A DNA stretch of 64,000 bases from Pseudovirgaria hyperparasitica. Lineage: Eukaryota. Under the pieces are notes generated by a model that was given only the letters and a program-made list of their open reading frames with translations, was not told the DNA's origin and ran no database searches. This document shows positions 37,579-49,171 of this stretch, one piece after another; the stretch's first letter is position 1, and the number at the start of each line of letters is the position of its first letter. The position numbers and the translations under genes were made by a program. Location: assembly GCA_010093815.1 (NCBI GenBank), contig ML996577.1; one strand, given 5' to 3'.

Positions 37579-38691
37579 CGTAAGCATGTGGCCGCATAGT
37601 CCAGTCGACATAGCAATCAAGACATATCGGTGGAAAACCGAAACGGGAGCTGCCGAAAGATCTGTTAGGACAATCTCAGCTTGATTGTTTGGTCACACAA
37701 AGCCGCGAATCCTGCCTCACGAGAGCAATATCCAGTCAGACCGCAGCGGTAACGTACGATCTTTGCACATAGCACATTTACAACGTCCCTCATGCGACGA
37801 ATATCTGCGACACAGGACTCGACCAAACGCCTTACCCACTCCAACTCGTGAAAAGGAATCTATCTGAGCCTGCCTACAGACCAAGAGAGGTTATACCTAG
37901 CTACGTGTATCTGGTAGGCAGATAGGGGCGTGCATTATAGAAGCATGGTTTCTGACCAGCCTACGAAAGGCGCGGCTGCACGAAGAAACACGCCCGAAGT
38001 CCAACAACCTCCTAGACAACACTGTGACATGTATCTAATACTATATAAACATCAACTTAAGCCCGAAAAATACATGCTGTGTATTGTGTCCGACTCCTGC
38101 ATTGCTCCCACATGACGCCACAACACGCCACGCCACTTCACTCGTCTTGCAGAGAACTCCTTACTCCTAACCAGAACGCAAACCTTGCAGTTGCTCCTCG
38201 CTACCACAGTCCGTCAATAAGCTTATTGATATTTATATATCTCCTATAGTTGCATTGATGAATGTGAGATGCTTATAGCATTAATCCTGAACGACAGTTG
38301 CGTTCCAGTCAAGAACCACGGCATCGAGTTGACAGATACACAGCCTTCGCGCTCATGTACGCGTGCAAATACAGAGCATGTTGTAGGAAGATAAGTTTGA
38401 AACTGGGCATTTACCAATAAATGTCACTTTCGACGTAATAAGCTGATGCGCGCGTGTGATGTGTGATGTGTGACGTGTGCTGGTGCTCTGATTTCTGCGT
38501 TCTGGCAGGAGCGATACCTCCAACTTCCTGCTCTATACAGGAGTGTAACTTATTTGCTAATACATACAACACCCCACTGAGGCATTCCCCAGATTCGCAT
38601 TTGTGGACCTCTAGTATGGCGTTTCGTGGTCGCATCAGGCGCATAGAGGCATTCATCCATTCATTCATAAAGCCTACAACTCCCTAACAGC

Positions 38692-40473
38692 CTACTCTTC
38701 CAGCTCTTCCATCTCCTCCCGCACCACTCTCATGCGCTCCTCCAACGCCCTCCTCTCAGCTTCCAATCGTGCTCTTTTCTCGGCTTTTCTCGTTCCTTGT
38801 TGCGCAGCACCTAAGCTGGGATCGATCTCGCCTTCCGGATTCAGCAAATTTGAAATCCCACTCGCTGGTCTTGTCGGTATCGATGTCGTGTTCGCCACCA
38901 CAGAAGTCGTCGGCTTGTCCATGTTTGATCGCGTCTCGTCTGCATCGCTCGCTCGTGTACGTTTCGTGCCTTGTGCACCACCTTGAGGCTGAGCTTGCCA
39001 GTCGGCCGTGTGCACTGCCGACGAAGGTCTATAATTCGTAAAGTCCGCCGGGGGAGGGTACTTTCGCGTAACTGAGGCATCGGCATCGCGCATTTGTAGA
39101 TCTGGATCGATGTAAGCCGTTGATGATGGGACCGGGGAGTCCGATGATGTGGATGGGGAAGTGGCATCGACTGGCTGCGTTTGCGAGTACATGTGCAGGG
39201 TGTCGGGCCCGACAGGAACAACACGTTTGCGGCGCTTTATTTCTTGCTTCTTCATCGTCATTGGGCGGTGGACACCATGAAGTTTGTGGTAAAGGCCTAT
39301 ACAGTGTCAGTATCACGGTACGACAGGCATAGTGCAAGCAGTGTGAAGAGGGACGGACGTACCACATGCATTGCAGATAGTATGGCCGGACTCGTCACGG
39401 CGCCAGAGGGGTGTAATTGTGGTGCCGCAGTTCTGACAGGCTGGAACGAGGTTCGTTGGCCCGTTGACAGATGGAGATTGAGTGGATGATGTAGGGGTGT
39501 CATCAGGCCTGGGTGTATCCATCGCGTCTGAGATGCCTTGTTGAGCTTGTTTCAGGGCTATGGCGGCTGTTTTCGAGACGCGGTTGTTGTATGCGGGACA
39601 GCCATTACACCCTGCGTGTCCACCTGTACCATTGCATCGCCCTCCGCCAGGACAAGTTCCGGTGACCTGTTCGGCTGAGACGTAGGTGGATCGGGGAACA
39701 AATTTCGAGGGCGACGTGCTTCGCTCATTAGGTTGGCTGGGGCCTGGCGTGGATTGAAGACTTCGAGGCTGGGTATGGGGCTGTCGTTTTGTGTTCGTCG
39801 GGCGAGGTTCATTTCGTGCCTTCTGGTAAAGACCACAGGCGTTGCATATTGTCGATCCGTTAGGAGCGCGACGCCAAAGAGGTGTTTGTGTAGTACCGCA
39901 ATTGCTGGTTCAAGTTAGTCGTGTTGTAGCATGTGTACATAGTCTTTTGTCATGGTGTGATAGACGGACAATGAGCAAGTCCAATGTAAACCCACAATTC
40001 ACATCTGTCGCGAAACTGATATCATCAGATACGTACCTGCAAACTTGGCCGGATGGTGAGGTGGTCGTAGAAGATATCACATTGCCTGTCGCACTTGTAG
40101 TCCTCTCATTGGTAGGCCGGATAGGAACACCAGGCGAAAGACCTCTAGATTCTTCCCTCGTGCCCTCTTTCCTCGGGCGTTGAAATTGCATGGTGTCTGC
40201 TAGAGAGTGATATTCAGAGACAGAGCTTGGACGTCTTCTCTCGCCGGACCCTTGGGAAGTGCGGTCACTGTTCAAACTCTCAGCTTTCGATTCTTCGTTC
40301 CTAGCGTTTCCAGATGTCTGTGACTGAGTTTGTCTGTCATGAGATTGGGTCAACGAGCTGAGACTTTCCGCCATCTCCAAGTCCTCTCGTGACGGTTGGC
40401 GCAATAGGTGATGCGGATGTGTTGGCATGGGAGCTAGTGATGTCCCTCCTCTTGACAGATACGAGATGGACAT
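38692..40473 (-). CDS. sreA: Iron-responsive GATA repressor SreA/Sre1
   Basis: Two GATA fingers ([14 protein letters not shown]...CNACG and [33 protein letters not shown]) flank a Cys-rich [26 protein letters not shown] segment; C-terminal coiled coil. Introns 40036-39905 and 39362-39297. Confidence 0.95.
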
Positions 40474-41008
40474 TCTGCAGCCACTGTCACAAGCCCATGG
40501 ATCAAGAAGTCCCCAGGACCGCCAGTAGAAGCGAGAGTGAACAATAAAGATCGTGCAACAGGATCCGCAGTGCTTGAACGTATGTCCGATCAGGATTTAC
40601 CCGATCAGTGCGATCCGTCCAAGTATAACGGATGTCAAGCAGGGAAAAGGAGGAAGCAATGGATGTCCTGGAAAGACGGTGAGGATTGTAATCTTCGCGA
40701 TGAACCCCGACGACGAGGGGACGACAAAGCACGAAGTCTGGGGCAATGTCTGGGGTTCACAACAGCAGGGATGCTGAGCCGGCAAACAGAATCCGAGGAG
40801 AGAGCCAGGTTGGATGTAAACGCAGTCCTGTGTAGGGGACTCAGTGGTTGCAGTAAGCGAGCGAGAAGTGGTTGGTCAGGAGAAACTCGTGATAGACGTT
40901 CTTGGAGGTATGATGTAGGCTGTTTGGCCCGCTGCTGCATCTTGGCCGTGCATATGTTGACTTGCCCAATGCGCCGCTTCCGGAAAGGGAGTCGCGTGTT
41001 TTGTACAG

Positions 41009-41033
41009 CCAATCACACACATTCTGATTGTCA
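41009..41033 (+). promoter_or_regulatory. CBC:HapX bipartite motif in the sreA promoter
   Basis: CCAAT-CACACACATTCT-GAT-TGTCA matches CSAAT-N12-RWT, about 540 nt upstream of the sreA ATG. Confidence 0.6.
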
Positions 41034-41473
41034 TCTTCACCAGCCTTACCAACGCCGTGGACACGTCGCCGCGACTCCACGTGCAACCGCGTCATTCACA
41101 GAATCCCACGTTTGGCTGGCGAGCAAGATGCGGCTACTCACGCTTGAGTTTCGAGTAGATAGCGGCTTACTAGTGATATGAGGAGAAAACGTTGAACGAT
41201 CATTGCAATGATGCGACCACAACCCGTGGAGGAACAGATTTTTTGTCTTATTAGTTTGCACTTATTACTTGACGATATGGCTCGATGGCCCGTCACGGAA
41301 ACACTATGGAAATGAAAAGACCCCGTTGCCATGTGGTATCATTTGAAAGCAATTGTCGTCATAACGAAAGTTTGACACTTTCACGCACACCTCGCCTCGT
41401 TCAATACTCCTTTCCATCGTTCAGTATAATCCATATCCAGACTTCTGCGACACTCTGTCAAAAGCCCTAAGAT

Positions 41474-44359
41474 CTAGTAATAGATCTTCTCCTCGTGAAT
41501 AGGAGCCACACCTTCATTAGCGTCCGCATCCCAGACAATCTTATTCTTGTCGTCTAGATGAGCAGCTTCGTCGGTAATGGGGATTACTTTGCTGGTGTCT
41601 GCAATCTCCTGCTTACTGACACCACAGGGATCCCGAGGAATCCAAATGAGCATAGGCTCCGACCTGATCGCTGGGTGAAAGAACGCATCGCGTTCAATTT
41701 GGGGCTCATATTCGACATTGACAAAGCTACGCGGAACCATGCGACGCATGGTCTGGTAGTCATTGTAGATGTGTGGCTTGAGAAATTTGGTAAGCATGTT
41801 CGGCTTGGGATGTGGCGCCGGTGATTGCTTCTCAGAATTGTATTCACCGCCGTTCTTATCGGGTACAGCAGAAGAAGATTCGCCTGTGCCATTGAGGCCA
41901 GTCTCAAGAGACATGAGGTGCTGCTCCTCAGCCTGGAGAGACTTCGGAAGATAGGTGAGGAGCGGGCCGAGAGCGTTGCTAAGAGATATGTGGTACAACG
42001 CAGTGAATATGATGAAGATGATCATCAGAATGAGCGAAATGAGTGCGCCAATGCTGTTACCTGAGTTAATCGCGAAAAGACCGATGAGGCAAATCTCTGC
42101 AACGTAAAGGCCGACGAAGAGATGTTGAAGTGCTCGAGGATACACAAGACCTTGGGTGTCAACATTGATGTCGTACACATACAGCAGATTGTATCTGTAT
42201 GCGAGGTAGAAAAGGAAGAAGCCGACAGCCGCAAAGAACAAGACGAGGGGAGCAATACATGAATAAATGATGGCTAGTTGTCGTAAGCTAGGATCACACA
42301 CGAATGAGGGGCAACATACCAATGACCAACAAATTGGTGTAGACAGGGAATACAGTACCCCAGCCAAGGCCCATGAAAGATGTCCACCGCTTGTAGATCT
42401 TACGAGGCGTAGTGTCAAGGATCTTGCTGAGAATGATGCTGATGAATACACCAATGAGACCGACTAAGATACTATTGATGCCCTGGAGGCCCTGTAACGT
42501 GAAATAACTGAGGTAGAAGTTGGAAGCCTTCGGGATGTTTTCCGATAGAAGGGACGTGACGGAACCAGGGTCATCTAGGATATCCGTCACGGAGCTAGCA
42601 ACGGCAGAAGCGACGGTTGCGACGAAGAATACTTGGACAACCTGGAATGCAAAATAATAATTCTGCATAGAGAGCTCAACAGCAGAGAGCGTTGGGTCAC
42701 CGGACACTTTAGCCATAACTGAAAGAGCGTCAGTAAGACTCCTGAAAAGATTTAAGCGGGGACTCACATCGTAAGAAAGGAGGAAGGAGAGCCATGAGTA
42801 CAGCCAAGTAGATGACAGGCAGCAAGCCCGTGATGACACCGCGTATAGCACCGGGGATGCTGTTGATGAAAGACAGCCAGCTGAATGCAGGGATCGCGAT
42901 CAAGTTGTCGATGTTTGACACAAAACCAGAGAAAGAGACGGGAATGGACCAGAAAATCACAAGGGCGGTCACAACAGCAGTGGCAAGGAAGCCACGCATG
43001 ACACGCTCCCACCACTTGATTTTAAGATTGGACCAGATAACTTGCTCTGGGTTAATGCCAGTGTATCGCGGAGACATGTGGAGCACCTAAAGCAATGTGA
43101 GGACAAGAAATGCATGTCAGACACGATTCAGCGTACTTGGTGATGGGTCAAGCTCTGGAATGCGGCCTGAGCTTCATTGACACTGTCAAACTCGACAAAT
43201 ACCGAGTTGATCTTCTTGACGTCAGTAGCAGCCCGATGCTTCTGCTGCTCTGCAGCGACCTGGGGTATTAATTTTGCTAATTCATCGCGAGCCCAGTTGA
43301 TTGTGTCGACCTTTTTACCAATGAGAGGCTTCAGACGATGGGTTGGGCGCTGCTTGGGGGCAATCCACCGAGATGCAACATGGCCAGACTCCTCCTGGCC
43401 TGTAAGAGCCGTATCTTCGTGTTCAGACTTCCCGCCCTTCTTGATTGCCTTGAGGCGAGCAGCATTCGCGAGTTTTCCAAGCTTAGTCTCGGCGCCTTCG
43501 AGTTTGAGGGTGGCCTTGTCACGCTGGGACACAAGGTCTTCAAGCTCTGTGGTATCTGTCGGAAGCCAAATTTGGCGAACACTTGGACCTAACATTTCTC
43601 GCATTTTGCCTTCGTCCAGGTAGTAGTCCGGAACGGAGGTGTAAAGAACGGTACGTGAGGACATTCGTTGGGCATACATTGGAGACATCAAGAAAGCTTG
43701 ACGAAGGTTGATATAGAATATGCTTTCACGCGTAATCATGAAAAGGACAAAGCCTGTGAGCACGTTTAGCTGTCTAGCAGTAGCATTAAAAGACGTCAGG
43801 ACTAACCAAAGAAGATGTAGGCGCATCCAGCGTGAGCCAAAAGACGATAGTAATTGTTGCTAATATTGCCGAGAGTGATGATATCGAGCTGCTTGTTGGT
43901 TCCACCTCCAGTAGCATCGACTGGAAAGAGGACTGGAAAGGTGATGACGCATCCAACAAGACAGATTACGATTGCGATCTTGAGAAACCTGAGGAAGAAA
44001 TAACCATCGAGCGAAGAATGCTGTAGAACATGGGAGTCAGGGAGCGACCAGAAAGCTCCAAACCAGTTGGTGACACCATTTGGAGGAGCTGGAGTGCGTT
44101 CGCTGGGCAGTAGGTTAGAGGTAAACAGACATTCTGGCATGGATTGGACTTACTGTGGACGAAGCGACTTGACAAATGTGCGTGGAAGATATCTACGTGG
44201 GAACTTTGTCCGAATCAATAGGAAGACGGACAGCCAAACCAGGGCTACAGCTCCAACAGTGACGAGAACTGTGGTGAAGCCTTGGACTGAATTGGAGTTC
44301 TCTTTCGCGGTTTGAGCCGACTGGCGCGGGTACAGTGGGTGTGTCGCAGTTCCGTCCAT
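41474..44359 (-). CDS. CSC1/OSCA/TMEM63 family (Phm7/Rsn1-like) cation channel
   Basis: SLDGYFFLRFLK, SRTVLYTSVP, RPTHRLKPLIGKKVDTI, P..VIWSNL, YFAFQVVQVF, LPKASNF-like and YRYNLLYVY motifs; five GT-AG introns. Confidence 0.92.
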
Positions 44360-46779
44360 GGCGAGGATGAGACGACGCGTCAATGCAGTAGTGCAGACGG
44401 TCTTTGCAAACGGTGGTTGTTGTTGTGAAGAATATTATCAAAGTTTGAGAAGAAGAGAAAATGTAGCAGAGGGCGCCAAACGAACAGGTTATGAGGAAAT
44501 TGGATAGGACCCTAGGCGCGGGAAGGTGGGTAGTGGCCGAGCTTGGACTGTGATTGTAGCTGGAGGCACTACCTAATTAGTGCATGTGTATTGTATTGCG
44601 CTTTCCCAAATCAACTTGGAAGGGAGGAGGAGAGTGATTCGCGGGTTAGGAGTCGTCATTCACACTGGTAAGTACACTGGACTGGGCTGGACTTGACTGG
44701 AGTGTGTTGACTGACTTGACGGCGAAACCTTGAAGTGTACACTGCCCGGTAGAGGGCATCTCCCATGGCAATCTTTGACTTGGGCAGTTCTGTGAGTGGG
44801 CACTTGGCACTGCAAGCTGTTACTGCTACGGGATGGAGCCAGCTGCCTGGGGAGGGGGACCCCCCGAAAAATGGTTCCAATACACGCACGATCTTTGTTG
44901 AACGATAATGATATTCTATCGTCTCGTCCAATAACATGCGCTGAATCTTCCAAGGATGTCTTTTTAGTGCGTGTCCATGCCCAAACTCCGTTCGTCGATG
45001 ATCTCTATCTGTGATGAATGTGAGGTGTTCTGTTGCCCCTTCTGTAGAGGATCAGCAGATTCCACCCAAGATGGCGATCGTGATGGATCAATGATCTCGA
45101 GACACCGCTTCAACAACAAGCAACTTACGACTGGCTCACTATCGAGGGCTCTTTCTTTGGTCTTTGGCAGTGACTTCTGTAACGCTCAGAGTCTCATCTC
45201 CTGGCCATGCTGAGGCCCCTGAACCTATGCGGTGGCATCTCTTGAGCGCCAGCGCCTAACCCGAAACGCGGTGCGCCACAGATGCAAGTGCAAGTGGCTC
45301 TGCAAAGATGCAAACGCTCCCGGGCTAGCTGAAAGCCGCGCGGTGGCTATTGTGGCGCGTGCAGGCATCGACAGAGCACTGTCAGGACTCTGTTTGTTCT
45401 AGATTCTCATCGACCATGAGCCTTGCAAACTTGATCCATCTTCAACACCATGACGCGTAATTGTCGTTCTGTACGTTTCGCGAAGACTGCAGGCATATGT
45501 GGCTTGCTTGACGGAGCCCGCGAAGAGTCCAGAGATGCTCAGCCTCAGCACTTCAGTCTTCGTGCGATGCAAACAAACCTCGTTGGCGGACTGTCGATCC
45601 AGCGCGCGCTAACTATTCATGACCCTTCTCCAAGACTCAAGTCCGCGAAAGGCACATTTACCACATGCACATGCACTCGCTTGGTCTGCCGGTCCAAGTC
45701 AACGTCATTGTTTACCAATTCTGCTTGCGCATCGTCAGCTGTACTTCCCACAAACATTCTCTTCTTGCTCTCGAGTCCCGACCATGTCGACAACGGACCG
45801 ACGCGCTCTAGCCGCTTTCAGAGCCCCAGGTACGTTGCTGGACGGTGGGAAATTGTGCAGAGCAATCGGTCCCAACTGCGTGCTGCCAGCGGAAAACACT
45901 GGTAGCTTAGCCTGAGGCTTCAAAGGCCTACGCGGCAATGATCGACACGTCAATGTAGTGACAGCGGAACGCCGCCAATAGTCTGTCACGTTCTCCGGCA
46001 TGATGTTGTGATATTGCATCTCTGATATTGTGCCACTGCTATTGCATGGTGGAGATGACCCCGCCAGGCGCAGATCCAATGTCTAAATATCTAATCAAGC
46101 CGAATCCGACGGTACTAGATACCTCTCTGATTATGCTCTGGTCGATGCGTCGGAAGAATGGCGCATTGTCTTTCAATGCACGCACCGCCCTCTGCGCCAA
46201 ACCAGACAGCACTACATCGCAGCATTCTAGCGTCTTCATATCCCAAATCAACACTAATTGTACCACTCACTTCCTTTGCCTCGATCAGTTCCAAGGCCAT
46301 GGTCGCGTTCTATAGGCCTGTAGACGTTATTCTCTGCTGAAGATGTTTCGTCCTGGTGCTCTCGGCATTTTCATCAACGCAGTCGCGATGCTCCCGTTGT
46401 ATGTCACATGCTAGCATCACGTACACAACCATGGTTCAATATCTCCAGAACATACATTGCAGCACGAAATATATACCTAGCCAGACTACTATGATGTAAT
46501 CGGATCATCTTGATGTGTTTCCGATGCGAGATCATCCGGTGGCTCCTCCGGGATGGATACAAAGCTAGGCTAAATCAGGCATGAATATAGCTATCCATGG
46601 ACGGATTCGTAGCGCACGAGCGAGACCAAATCTACCTACAGTGGGCACGATCCTAAGCTCCAAAATCAAGCACTGAATTTTTTCCTGCGACTCATTTCAC
46701 GCACAAGAACATACATATTCTCACATCTCGTACATCTAAAACCGCTCACTATCCCTCTACTCCGTTCCCGCTGCTCAAA

Positions 46780-47564
46780 ATGGCGAACCCTCACCCCGCT
46801 GCGTCCCTCCTGCTTCGCGCCCACTCCCCAACCACCGCGCAAGCCCTCTTCACCGACAAAATACAGCACAAGCCGCTGCTACTGCGCAAGCCCTCTCCCC
46901 CGCCTTCCACAACTGCGCGCATTGTGCGACGCCAGGCCCGCCTCCAAAAGCTTCACAGTACCACGAAGCGGCGGAACAAGAGCAAACCGAAACCGCTGTC
47001 GGCGCGTGAACGCCGTGCGTTGTGCCTGGACGATATACCCAAGAGTGAGGCAAAATGGGCGCTGTTTGAGGGCTTGAGAGAGTTGTGGGTCGGTTATGTG
47101 AGGGAGATTTTAGGGCTAGCGGGAGATATGGAGGGAGATTGCGAGGGCGCGAATAACAGCAGAGGGAGCTATGTCAGTGCACAAAGCGCGGGGAGTGTGT
47201 TGAGTAGTGCGGATATGCATGGTGCCGTGATAGAGGTGGTCAAGAGCCGCTGTGTGAGTAGAGTCGGGGTGCGTGGGACGGTGGTGCAAGATCGAAAGTT
47301 TGTGTTTGTGGTTGTCACGGAGGGCAATGAGGCTAAGAGTGAGTTTTAAGCTACAGAATTGGATAGAGTGCCGGAGGCTAATACTGTGCAGCGCTGCCAA
47401 AAGAGTACAGTGTTTTCAAGCTTGAGATACCATTATTGAAGAGAGAGGGCGAGGAGGCGGAGCCCAGGCCATTGGTATTTGAGTTGCATGGAGAGCAATT
47501 CCAAAACAGAGCGCCGGAGAGGGCAAAGAAGCAGCTCAAGATGCACTACCAACCAGATCTTTGA
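46780..47564 (+). CDS. POP4: RNase P/MRP subunit Pop4/Rpp29
   Basis: KPKPLSARERRAL, LW..YVREIL, ADMHGAVIEVVKSRCVSRVGVRG and ELHGEQFQNR; intron 47339-47391. Confidence 0.9.
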
Positions 47565-47693
47565 ACGATTCCGGTCATAGAGAATATCAAGAGAGACGCT
47601 TCAGCTTTCGAAATCGGCTAAGATATAAATGGAGAGCATGAATATTGGAAGGCAATCGAGTATCCCTGCCTAAACCACCTAAAGAGATTCGCA

Positions 47694-48825
47694 TCAAGCC
47701 CTGGGTGGCAGCAGTATGTTATCGATCAGTCTCACTGGAACTTTACCATCACCCTGACCCTTTTCCTCCCTAGGCTGCGGGTCCTCAATCGGAAGCATCT
47801 TTATTGCACCACTTAGCACTGCGCCTTTCGTTTCGTCCACAACGTCAATCTCCTCGAGCGTATCCGGGTCGGCAAGCGACACATATATGACCTCAAACAG
47901 CGCCCGCTGAGAGGGCTGTAGCTTTTTTTGTCGCTTCAGGGTATCCATCCATATTGCCTCTGCAGCGCCTAGAACTTCGGACCTACTTGTGTGGCCTTTA
48001 AGGTATGCTGACTCGGCGGCCATCAGAGTCTGGCTCAGAACGGTACCCACAGCGCGCCGGCGAGCTCCCAAATATACGTTACGTGAACTGAGCGCGAGGC
48101 CATCCTCTTCTCTTTTCGTTGCACCTATGCGGACTTCGGTTCCGATGTGAAAGTCCTTCACCATGCGGCGAATGATAATCGTTTGTTGAACGTCTTTCTG
48201 CCCAAAGTACACTCGATCCGGTGTACATATATTGAAGAGCTTTGTGCACACTGTCGCCACTCCTCGAAAGAACACTGGTCTGGTAGCACCTTCAAGAAGC
48301 GTTGCAAGGGGTGTAATGGTAACGAAGCTGCCCTGGCCGTCTATCTCGCTGCTCGGAAGAAGTGTCGGGTACATAGTCTTTCCATTGGGTGCGAATATTG
48401 CAGAGATTCTTCCACTTCCACGCGTACTTGCCAGTTCCCTGTCAATCGTCTGTAGCATCTTTAAGTCTGATTCAAGCGTCTGTGGGTAGCTAGCAAAGTC
48501 CTCGTTTACGCCGAATTGTGTCGGGTTTACATAGATCGATACAAAAACATCGGTATTTTCTGCAGCTGCCATGCGCACTAGCGATGTGTGCCCTTCATGT
48601 AGGGCACCCATGGTTGGTACAAGACCGACTGTGCGGTCCTGTTTGAGGAGCTCATTGCGGTATGCTCGGAGGGGGGGAACATCTTTGAAGACGGTCGTGT
48701 TCGACGCAAAAGCAGAGTACCCTCTAACGGATCTGGAGAGGCATTGTGAGCCTATAGTGCATTAGTAGAGCTTCGCCAGGACTGGAACGTCGCATACCCG
48801 ATAAGACGCGAGCCCTGAAAGCCAT
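47694..48825 (-). CDS. PAN6: Pantoate-beta-alanine ligase
   Basis: VPTMGALHEGH, SIYVNPTQF, YFGQKDVQQ, DGLALSSRN and RLIDN; short first exon 48825-48798, intron 48797-48752. Confidence 0.95.
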
Positions 48826-49171
48826 GATCACATACAATGCAGAGCTTCGAGACAGCTCCAAGCAAGCGAAGACCGAGTTATAAACGCGATGGGACGTTTA
48901 CTCAGTAAGGCGAGACGATGAAAAATCGCAACCCAGTGCGAAAAAGGTGTCGGCCATTGCTCCCGTGCTGACAGCCCAAACAAAAGAAGTTGTGATGTAG
49001 TCCGCTATGCAGAATGGAAAGACGCCCGCACCGCTGCGGCTGTGGGGTTGTGAGGAGCGCCAAGGGGACTGTTGAAGCTAATGAAGTTCTCCACAGAAAA
49101 TATTCTAAAACTTCCATCCAACACCATTCTACAATCGCGACAAGGTCAGCCAAGGCCACAAAACTTACGAT

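Noticed and set aside
40537..41181. 214-aa plus-strand ORF upstream of sreA
   Set aside because: GTG start, no motifs, and it overlaps the sreA promoter/5' UTR; probably chance.
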